From positions 23,763,365 through 23,827,364 of the forward strand of contig NC_092678.1 in NCBI RefSeq assembly GCF_964355755.1: a stretch of DNA of 64,000 bases. Direction: 5' to 3'. The translations under genes were made by a program, and so were the position numbers. The notes under the pieces are model-generated. The model was not told the origin of the DNA. It did not search any database and was given only the letters and a program-made list of their open reading frames with translations. This DNA comes from Antedon mediterranea (lineage: Eukaryota > Animalia > Echinodermata). Below are positions 48,840 to 60,600 of the stretch, in pieces. Positions within the stretch are counted from its first letter, which is position 1, and every line of letters begins with the position of its first letter.

Positions 48840-51800
48840 ATGGTAATGACATCAAGTGCTACTGTTGAGAATTTACATGTTTTACTACAACAAATACGAA
48901 GTTGGAGACCAAAGCGATGTCCAGGTTTTGATAAGCCTCCGTGTCCCATTCGAGTTGTAGTGTTCGGAAAGTGTGGTGCCGGTAAAAGCTCACTTATAAA
49001 TAGCTTATATTGGCTGTCTAGATACGACTTAAAAAATTCCAATCCTGGACATTTTGAGAGTATAGTAGCGTGTTCACCAGCAGATGTCCAAACTACTGGT
49101 GGAAACACTACACGACTTGTGAAGTTAGACGTCTCTGACAACATGGAGTTTGTAGATTCAAGAGGATTTCAAACAACAGACATCAACGTCCGCAGATTGA
49201 TAACCATGATATGCAGTAAGTTGTCTTGCATTTTTAATTTAGTCAGGAAAGTTACGGTACATTTTGGAGAACAATGGTGATTTTAGTGATTTATGATGCG
49301 CTGGTTATGTATTTTTTTTCCATTATGGCTCTGTTTTTTTTTCTGTTTAGAGGGTTATGGACAATTCGATAAAGACATGGATTGGATACCACTATGGAAA
49401 ACATATTTATATCCATTTTTTTACGACTATGTTCGCAAAATGGATTTTGCTGTATTTGTTGTCAGGTATGTCGCTATTATAATAGGATGATTTTGTAACA
49501 CACTTGTGACACAATGCATTAAAATACTACTATATTTAACATTATCTCTATCACTATTAATTGTTATGCATAATAACATATCACCTTTCTAACAATTGAA
49601 TTTTACACAGTGCGAACAACGAAAACTATATTGAAGAGTGTAGAGCTTTCATTGGTCCTATAAAAGACGGAATAGGTAGGTACAGTATTACATTTTTGGT
49701 ATAATATTTATAACTTTATAAGACGTTTACTATAATAACTTTAAATAAAAGTTAATGACGTGTTGATTGGGTCATTTTGTTTGTGAGTGACGAATTCAGT
49801 TCTTAGATCCAAAGCATTTTCTTAATTGAACAGTCAAAATTTGGATTTGCACTATATTTTGAAATAATTAACTGTATCAGTAGGACTGATATCATAGATA
49901 TCATCATAAACATAGTTATCATCATTAATCATTTAGCTCTGTGCACAATATTGCATAACAAAATTTACTTCATTTCCATTCTATCAAGATTAAATTTTAA
50001 ACATCATTATAAAATATTATCAAAACTTAAACTTGATTTTGGCCAATTTGTAATTTGGTTTTTAATTAGGGTATGCACCACTTGTTGTTGTTACTTCAAG
50101 AGATAAACTTGATTCTTCTAAGAAAAGAAGTATGGAGGTGAACCTGACGGCCTATGGTAAGTTAATTTTCTTTTTTACCTTTTCATGTTGAAACTAGAAT
50201 ATTACTACAATAATGTATGTAAAATCAAGGATTAATCTTGTGTACTATGGAATGACACACCTACTTGATGTAATTTATATCACAACCAAGGCAAGTTTTG
50301 ACTGTCTAATCAACCAAGCTTCTCGATTTCAGTTGAACGAACCCATTCTCTATATACAAACCAAACAGTTTCCAATTGATTGGTTTAATCAAATACTATT
50401 GGTATACTTTTATCAAGAAATACTATATAAAACATGGAATTGCATTTTATCATTTGAACAAACAAAATCAAACCCAAATTATTTCTGCCTGGCTTTTCGA
50501 AATTAATCGCGATTCTAGGAAAAATTGTTATCTGTATGATAAAAAATAAATAATTATTCACTTATGTTATTGATATTTTTAAATTAAACCATAACATAGG
50601 TGCACACGCAGCTGTCTTTGTTGAAAATTACACAACACGAACAGATAGGGAACGAATGACTATTACTGAAGTTGACACCAATAAACACTTTGATTTATGT
50701 AAAGTGTTCACGACAATCCAGAGAGAATACAATCATTTTTTAACAGGAAAATATGAACATCGACATTCTCGTTTCCTAAAACCAGCAATCATTGTGCTGA
50801 TATTGATGCTTTGTGGTTTTCTGTTAGGTAAGCAAGTTTCCATCGCATACACTGTACCCATGACGTACCTCAAAATTAGATATGAAAATATCTGTGCTCA
50901 TAATTAAAATTACGTTTATGTTAAAACAATACTTTCTCGTAAAACTTGACTGACGTGACTCCTCTTTATCTCTTTACTACCAACATGGACAAAATAAAAA
51001 TTATAAATGTCTATTTACTGGAACTTAGGGTGGCATAGAGCTGGTTTTAATGGTGTGCGTCGTGACTGCAGTGACTTTGGCATTATGTCGGGAAATGGTG
51101 TAAATACTATTCGACCAGGCAGTGGAGAGCCGTTCAATGCTTATTGCGATATGACGACAGATGGCGGTGGTTGGACAGTACGTACATACCATTTTTCAAA
51201 TCCCATATTGGTCTTCCCCGAGTTACTATTGCATCACCATTTATATTTAGTAGGGTTTCCACTGACGTTGTGTTATTAGGAGTGAACCGGATTTGTGTGC
51301 CGATAAATATACTTATATAATTATATATATAAGAAAAACTTGTGTGTGACCCCTAAAAACGAACCCTTATGATTATTAATATAAAAAGACAACATAAATA
51401 ACAAAGATAAAATCAGAACTTTTGAACTATGAAGTTTGTTTCCAAAAGGTCCTAAGGCGCTTTCTCTTCTGTACCTTACTCGTTGAACCTGTAAGGGATA
51501 TTATATTGTATGGTAGGCCTAATAGTATAAATGCACGAACAAAATCTAGAAGAACAAAGTCTATAAACGGTGATACCTGTAAGCATTGATAATAATAATA
51601 AGTTATGATTATATTATCTTAAAGGTTATTCACAGAAATTCTGATAGATCTGATGGATTTTTTAATAAAAGTTGGGAAATGTACAAAACTGGTTTCGGGG
51701 AACGAGATCAAGATCATTGGCTTGGAAACGAGAAGATTTATCGGCTAACTAACGTATCAAAATACGAGTTAAGAGTTGATTTAACATCATTCAAAAGTGG

Positions 51801-52589
51801 TTCTCGATTTGCTCTCTATGACAATTTCAAGATAAGCAGTGAAGGCAGCTTGTATAGGCTACATATTGGTGCCTATAGCGGTGATGCTGGTACGTAGTGA
51901 ATGACGGTGTGGGTTTTTTTTAACCCTTTTTCCTCTTTCGTGCCTTTTCGTTTGATTGATAAACAATATAATAAATCGGGATAATGATGTATAGGAACAA
52001 CGAACTATCATAATAATAACACTGGTATTCATTGAAAATATAGGACAATTAATTATAATGTGAAAATTAAGGAAAATTATTGACGATTGATTATAAAAAT
52101 AATAATGACAACACTTGATAATAATTAATGGTTGCAACGTTGATGGTGGGTGAAAAGATAACAGATAATTAGGTGCGATTAATGATAAAAATGATTATGC
52201 TAATAATGAAAATGATGTGGATACAGTATAAATGATAATGATCCTACAAAATGTCTTTTTTTTTATATATAGGGGATGCTCTGATATGTCACAATGGAGC
52301 TTCGTTTTCATCCATATCCGGCAAGCAGTCAAAACACAAATGGTGGTGGTTAAGTGAGTGTTCCCATAGCAACCTCAACTACGCGCCCGGCGCATATAAA
52401 GGCCTCTATTGGACTCATTTTGAAGACGCAAAACTGAAATCAGCCGAAATGAAAATTCGTAGAATCGATTACTTTCGATTTGTTTATATTTGGTATGCAT
52501 ACTCAATTCTTCATTTGCCAGAGATAATTCTGGCAATTACAGCGATTATTATAATAACAGTAGCATGGACTGTAATAAAAAATAACTGA
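48840..52589 (+). CDS. IFI44-like P-loop GTPase fused to TM helix, fibrinogen C-terminal (FReD) domain and a second TM, about 533 aa
   Basis: Exons 48840-49215, 49351-49465, 49611-49675, 50070-50156, 50600-50827, 51029-51177, 51625-51889, 52273-52589, all GT-AG and in phase. G1 GKCGAGKSSLINS, G3 DSRG, G4-like TSRD, VENY. TM PAIIVLILMLCGFLLG. FReD RDCSD..YCDMTTDGGGWTVI..W..YK.GFG..HWLGNEKI..ELRVDL..Y..F..YRL.IG.YSGDAGD..HNG..WW..C..SNLN..W..MKIR. An acceptor at 48828 allows upstream exons. Confidence 0.8.
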
Positions 52590-54220
52590 AGGCCTACGCG
52601 ATATAAAAATCCCTGTCTACACTATATCAAACTGTATTTGTCCAAAAAATGTGATGTGCCCATATATGGTAGTACTATGCTCAAATATGGTAGTGATATG
52701 ACATCATCATGTCCATATATGGGCACATCACATTTTTTTGTCACATAAAGTTTTTTATAGTGTATAAAAGGCTTTAGGATAATTATAAGGAAATATTTCG
52801 ATTTTTTAGATAAGATATCATGTAAAAGTATTACCTATACTTCGTTTTTTGTTTCAGTAATGAAATAACGTACCACTATAAAGACAGATTAAATTTCCCA
52901 TTCATTTATTTTCATATGATACTCAACTGAAGTCGCTGACGGATTTGTATACAACTTATATATCTACCAGAGGCCCTATATTGCACACATAAAATAATAG
53001 GAATCTCTTTGGCCACATATACGTGTAGACATGCGTAATCATCTTTAAACTTAAAACTAATATAGAAATGTTAAGTATAATGAATTTACATATTATAAAT
53101 TAAATATACAATATAAATACAATTTACAATGATGTATAGGCCCTAATCGTTTTTTATTATATTTTAAAGTTATAGTATATGCGCAGCAAATTAGTTAAAG
53201 TTAACATTCATAAATTAATAATTAATAGTGCACACTGTATATAGGTTATCATGCATTAGAAAAAAGTTTAAATATCAAACGCTTGCTTTTGATTCATGTC
53301 AATATAATTATGCCTATTATAGTGAGAAAAAATATCAAAAGGTTGTATAATACAATGCAGTATTATTTTTGGTTTGTGAATACATTTATAATGGTGGTTG
53401 GTTAATTTTTTAAATATTTTTTAAATTTTTATTTTTATTTTTTTTAAGTACAGTATGGATCGTCGTAAAAATATAAATAAGTATTAGTAAACACTGCCTA
53501 GTTAAGTCTATACTTTCATTTTAATTGATGCAAATTGGTGGTTTTTAACTAATGTTTTTATTCAGCGTAGGAATAATAATGCCCTGTTTCCTGTATTATG
53601 ATTAATGCTTATGTCATCATGGCGAAGAGACAGTTGACATGTGCGTAGTGGGGAAATCCCCAGTGGTAACAAACCGTTACGTTACACACGCACGTGAGAA
53701 AATGTCTCCCTTCGTGATGTCATTAACGCATAAGACAGTGCATTTGGTTTGAACGATTAACAAATCCGCATTATTATTTTATTTTAATAATGTTAGCACC
53801 AAGGAAAATATATAAAACCACATTTACGTTACACAATAGCTATATTTCTAATAAATAATTCTATCATTGGATACAATACGTTCACCTAAACTAGGGTATT
53901 ATGACATGGCCTATTGCTACGTTTATCTAGTTACTATTAATTAAAAAGTAAATACTTTTATATAATAATTGCTTGTTGCTTAATAAACTATTAGTATAGT
54001 ATCAAATGTATTGCGTAATATTTTAACAAGCACCAGATATTTATTTCGTTTTTAATAATAATATTTAAACCAAATCACATTAGTTCATCAAATCACCCTC
54101 AGATAAAACATTTTTGTAAGAATTATACTACATTTTTTCTCAAACAATCTGCTAAACATAGAGAGAATGTATAATGTTGCAGATTTATTCTGAGCTAAGT
54201 GGGCCTACTATGAATACATT

Positions 54221-54485
54221 GTTATCCAAATAAACATAATTTGTCCTCTTTTTCGTCAACATACATTACAAGATGTACGCGCAATGCAAGATAATGACCA
54301 CAAATAATTATTTTCCACTGAGGACGCAACGAGCAAAGGACGTAAAAGTAGGTTAACCAATCAAAAGCAAGTACGGATCACCATCCGAATGTTTGTAGTC
54401 ATTTGTGGTCATTATCTTGCATTGCGCGTACATCTTGTAATGTATGTTGACGAAAAAGAGGACAAATTAGGTTTATTTGGATAAC
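54221..54485. repeat. 85-bp inverted repeat with 95-bp loop
   Basis: 54221-54305 is the reverse complement of 54401-54485, with one mismatch seen. Confidence 0.95.
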
Positions 54486-54631
54486 CCATTTGTCATTTGT
54501 TAATTGGAGCTCTAATTATCCGTTAATACTATCCCGTCGATGAAATTGTTCTTTTAATATATATTACTAATAGAATTAAAATCAATTTATAATACGAAGC
54601 AAGATTAGCCTCGGCCAACTGATGACGAAGG

Positions 54632-57600
54632 TTAAGGAGTTCTAGGTGAACTAGGTGTAAATAATCTATACCAAGCTGTGACTTTGCCACTTGACATGTC
54701 CACATTATCAAGCCATATCATAGTTTCCCCGACCATCGTGTTTCTACTAAATCTCCCGCCATCTGCCCAAAGCATAACCTAAAAAATAGACAAATAGAAA
54801 AGGTACATTAATTCTATAATTTAATTAATGTCCAGTAAAATCTAAAAACATATGACGTCATCGTTAGCGATGTTATTTTTAAAGCCGGCCCTCTAGAGTT
54901 TATTGAAAAAACTTTCATCACATCATGCGCGCACACGGCAGACGATCAAATTGTAACGAGAAGAAACTAATATAAAACTACTTTTTTTGAGTGGAATAGT
55001 TAAGTAATATTTATACAGGTTCAGGAAACGGTAAGCCTAGTAAACTTAGACTACTCATATAAAGGATCAGAGCTTGACAAGTTTAGGATAAAAAGGTTTA
55101 ACTAGACTAAAGGCTAGGCCTAGGCCTAGGCCCAACTGGTTTGTTTTTTTCCTGTCCATCATGGACCATCCCACAGCACGGGCACGGGCCCGGGCCCGTC
55201 ACAATATGCCTGACAGGCATTTTCTATTTGGGCCTAGCTAGTGAGAGTGTAGAAATTAGACGAGCTATTGACTTAGGCCTAAACCTACTAGAGGCCTACT
55301 ACTATAAGTATAATATTGGCAAATAAATTAAAAAGTTTTAGTACAGTCATATATCGCTATAAATACTGCAAAAATACCTGTAAGGAAGCGCCTATAATTG
55401 GTTTATGGAATATGAATTCTTGACTAAAAACTGGTTCTAACTGTTGTTTGATTGTATGCGATTTCTTCTTAGAAACTTTTTTATTGCCCATAAATAGAAA
55501 TAGCTTCACGTATACATCTATAAATATATGAAAACAACATATTTTCAAAAACAAAATTATTGATATTTTCTTTAATAATAAATATATATTCCTAATTAAT
55601 ATAATAACGGTATGCCTATTTACTGAATGCATTCTGTGTATTATTAGCTATTTTGTTTAGTCTGTATATTGGTATAAATAATGATAAGTTTAAAATTTAA
55701 AGTAAGTGTATGTTCATGCCAGTATAGAAGGAAACATGTACTGTAATTACTTGTTTGATTTACCTGGAATATGATCGGTGTCTTTTAACTTGAAAGTCAT
55801 TTTTCTACACTGTATGATATCAACATAAAAGTAATCTCCGTCTGATCTTTTATCCTTTTTTAAACCAAGTTTGATTTCTCCAGTTGACTCTCTTGTTGCT
55901 AGAAAAAAAACCAATTATAGAATCTTTCTAATTAAGTTACCACATTCTATATAAAACCATTGATTGGCCGTTGATTTATGTTTTCTTTCATCTTTTCCGT
56001 TAATTTTTTGACAATTTATAAAGTTGTTTTGCCCTTGGTAATTTACTGTAAGCACAAACCAACTATGTATACTGTATTCCTGAATTTTATTTCTTTAGAA
56101 TTAAGTATTGTAATTAAGTGATATAATTAGATCGTATTTATTATGTGTTGTGAGATAATAATGTCAACCAATTGCATCATAAGTGATGTAATTACTTCTA
56201 ATCAATGTGTAATACTGTACTATTTCTAATGTTACTTGATTACTAATGTACTAGAACTAAATCTTTGTTTTAGAATCAGGTAGTTCTGATAAAATTATTA
56301 GTAAAAAAATGTACCACCGTTGATAATGAAATCCTAGATTAGTAATTTTTAAAAAGAGAACACAATGAAAAGTAAAATCAAATTGTAAACCCATTTTGAA
56401 GTGAAAAAAACGATTAATGTTTGCAATAGTAATCATAATTAATGTAGTGATGTAATGTTATACAAATGACAAATCATTATGTTATGCATGCAATTATGGT
56501 AAAGGAAAGTTATAATTGGAGATACATCGTTCCACGAGTGTTGCTAATGAATGCACATGCTCCATACCACCAATGACTATGGTTCTTATAACCATGTCAT
56601 TTTCATGCAAACTACAGTATGGTCTATTCTATAAAGTTATGTCCAGGTCATCAAAAAATTGACGTCATCAGTGACATTGCGAAGAGACAACATACGACGC
56701 TGGCGTACACCAAACGCATCAGTTCGTCTTTTTTATACGCATACGTCAACTGGTGCGTCTTTGATGTGTCAAGTTATTTCTTGAACAGAACCTTATAGCT
56801 AGTATGTTAAAAAGCATGATCGTGTTATGATATCAAATGTTACCTTTCCACAGTACGTCTGGCTGTCCTTAAAGATTGAAAAATTAAATTTCTTTTTTGA
56901 ACCCGTTTATCATAACAAGCCAGTTTGTAAAATTGTAAACAAAAATAAAACTAAACTTACATGTATCGTTTTTAAGATTGTTCAATAATGGCCCATTTTT
57001 GTATTGATTTTTTTACAAGTCTCTCTCTAAATAATATTATGCATAACAATGTGCAGATACAAAGGGATAGGATAGTATTTAAACGGGGAGATACTGTAAA
57101 TCAGGATCTAATCAATGCAATTTAACAAAAACTATGAACACACTGATTGAAAACTTACGAGGTAGTTCGGGATCTACAACCTGGCCTGGACCTAAATTAT
57201 CTCCTATAAGCATTCTAGTGTATACTGCAGTTTTCATGTTGATGGACGACTGTCGGTCGTTGGACTCGAACTGTCTGCTCCAAAGCTGACTGTGATAAGA
57301 TACATACAAATAAATCAATATATGCAAAAGGCTAAAGCCCTGTCTACACTATCAAATTTATGTGAAAAAAAAGTGATGTACCCATATATAGACATGATGT
57401 CATATCACTACCATATTTGGGCATATCACTACCATTTTTGAGCACATACCATTTTTGGTCAAACTAGTTTGATAGTGTAGACAGAGCATTAGAATGGTGC
57501 AGTAACACTTTAGTTTATTAAGCCTTTTGCACCCAACACAAATAGAATATTGACTGTACAAATTCCTAAGCACCATACAATAGCTTTAGCGTTATACTAG

Positions 57601-60600
57601 TACTGGAGTACAGTAGATTAATATGATTGTAAAAGTTGGGTAATTTACTGTGATTGTTGGATTAGTTAGTAAGTTAGGAGTACTCTTAACTAGAAACGAA
57701 AATGACCATACATAAACACGTGCTCTATTTATTAGGGCTTGCTCAATTTATTGCCAAGGCTCAGTAATTACTTACTGTAAACATATTTATAGGGACTTAA
57801 CATTATCTTTGTTTAATTACTATTATTACAACAACCTGTTAGAATCTGCCAAGTCACATAGTCTACGTGCGGCTATTTCACTATCGGCATTGCTTCCTTT
57901 TGTTTTCTTCCTTTTCCTTACTCTTTCTGCAATTATGAATTTTTAAAAATTACTTTTTGGTTTGTTTAGACTGTTTTCTAAACTCAAAATGCCATTTTAA
58001 TTCAACTTTTCCAATTATTTAAGAACTGCACGTGACATATTTACCGTTTGTTACAGATCTTGGGTAAACACCACTATCTTGCCTTTTTCGATCATGTACT
58101 GGGGTTGTATTTGTAGTAAAGTGACTAAAAAGAAATCAAACAAAAACAGGTTTAAATGGTACTGAAGACCTTTTGTAATTTCTAACTCTAATTGTGATTT
58201 GTTTTCTTATTTCTTGTCCATAGATAGTAAATTTCAACAGCAGTTTTATCCCAATTCGCGATAGTTTATGGAAATATTTCGATAACATTAGCAAGATGTT
58301 CCTACAATTCGATTGTTTTTTTTTTATTAAGAAGAGAGGTAAGATTTTATTCTGTACATTTCCTTTCGGACACGTCACTATTTCCATTATACTTAATGCT
58401 GAATTTGAATAATAATATTTTGCAATATCTATCGTGTGGCAGAAGAAGAAGAAGAAGAGACCAATTTATTGGTGTCTTTCCGAAGACTATAGACCTATAA
58501 TACAGTCTCTAGCAGTACTGTAGATATTTCGTCCAACCAAAAGAAGAGGAGTTCAATCTTGAATCATTTAAAAATGGTGGTGTGTTTTTTATAAAGACCT
58601 ACCATGACGATGTTCTCGGTCTATCGTCTGACATGTAATGACTGGCATAAGGCGTTCGTGCGTGTGTTTCCTGAAGTTTAAAAACGGGTGATTCGGTTCT
58701 GCTTTCGTCGTGGGCACTCTGAATCGTGTCTCCGCCATCATAAGCTAAAGAATAGAAATAACAGTTGATGGGTTTGAAGCTTGTTCACACGGACATTACT
58801 GAGGATGCTAAAGCTTGGTTCCCACTTGGGGCGCAGCGCAGCAGCGACTTAAGCGCGACGCCAGCAATTTTTCATCACTACGCTATGGGAAGCAGGGGAT
58901 TTGACGGTATCAGTAGCTCTTGATTGCGGTACTGTAAATATACACTAGGGTGAAAATGATATCGTGGATAGCTAGGTCGTAAAATGTATATATATATAAA
59001 AGAAACAGACATACAAGGTCTTCGCTTTGGATCTCTGCTTGTGAAGTTGAGTGGATCTTCATCACGTGAGGTTTTACGACGGGGTTTTCTGCTCATTTGG
59101 CTCGAGTCAGATCTGGTTCCTATCGAATCATCGGAATGTGTTTTTGATCGACGACGAGGCTGTTCGTTATGTATTACGACATCGGCTTTTATAGTAGATT
59201 TCTAAAAAATATATTTGAAATACATTTCTTGAGAAGTGCGATAAATGATGTTGTTTTGAAAGTAGCAAAACGAATAAAATAGATGAAAAAAACATTAAAG
59301 CTACAATATGTTTCTACTTGTAAACAATGGACATTGGTAACACATTATGAAATAATAGTTTCCTTACCGATATTTGGTTGGAACCAGAGCGTTTTCTTTT
59401 ATCCGTTTCTGAGCTTGATCCAGAGTTTGGTTGATCGGGTGGCGTTGATAACGATTTGTTCGAATGTCGATTGTCATGGTGATTTTTTGGATTAAAATTT
59501 GCAACTCGGATGGATTCTGGCAAAAGCAATGACGGTTTAAATTATTTACATTGGTGTATTGTATATGTACTGTACTATTTAGATATCTGGTCAGGATTTG
59601 ATCATTATTAAAAAACAAGCTAACAAAATGCCGATAGAATGAACGTGCTTTATTTAATAATGAAAGAGAACACAATGCAACAAAAAAACAAAAGTAGAAC
59701 ACCAACACGATTTTGAAATATCAATCAGTTAGTATTTACCTTTTGGTTTGTGGCGAACATCCGCTGATATCACGACGTCAGGCGAGGGTGTTTTATCTTT
59801 TAATTGGTTATTACTACTGGACGGCGAGTCTAAGGTGTGAGATGAGGACGAACGAGAGGACTGATTATGAGCAACTAGAAAGGGTGAATTAAGTTCTACC
59901 GAAGAGTGGGCAGGATGTTTAAAATAACTTGGTCTTTCTTGTGTATAAAATTGTCTGTCTGTAACCGGAGGTGACGTTGACAATGATCGTTTCATTTCTT
60001 GAGCTTCGTAGCTTTCAGTTGGTTTCTGCATTCTGGAGATGCGTAAATCAAAGTTTGCTGATTGTGGACGTTGCCTTTGATGCCGTTTTGGCGATTTTGA
60101 CGAGGCTCTTGTTCGAAGCGTGGGTTTATCCCTTTTTATTGGAATTGGTTGATCGGTTAGTTTAAGAGCACGGATTGCGTCATCTATTCTTGTGAGTGAC
60201 GTAGATATATCTGGGTGTTCTTCAGGTGACATTTGACCTATTAAATGAACTCCTGAATCTGAATTTTGAGGGTGATCTAAAAGAACAATTGAACGACTGG
60301 TATTAACGAGCAATATATACTTGAAAATTATTAACTTATTTGTAAAAATACTTTTAGTTTTGTTATATGTTTTATGAGAAGAGTTTGAAATATGATATTG
60401 CTATACATTTCATGAAATGTTAATTTATGTAGAATGTTAGAAAAATAAGACATAGTCGTAAAGTGCAATAAAATAAGCGTTGTTTACTAAACAACAAACA
60501 AATGGAATGCGAAGCCACAAGAAAAGGGAGGTCAAGTGCCACGTAGTGCAACAATGAATGCAACATTTAAAAAATACACAAAAGGGTAAAAATAACGAAG

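Noticed and set aside
56700-56772. Pre-miRNA-like hairpin in a Piccolo intron
   Set aside because: Imperfect short stem with a large loop and no recognisable miRNA. Could be MITE debris.
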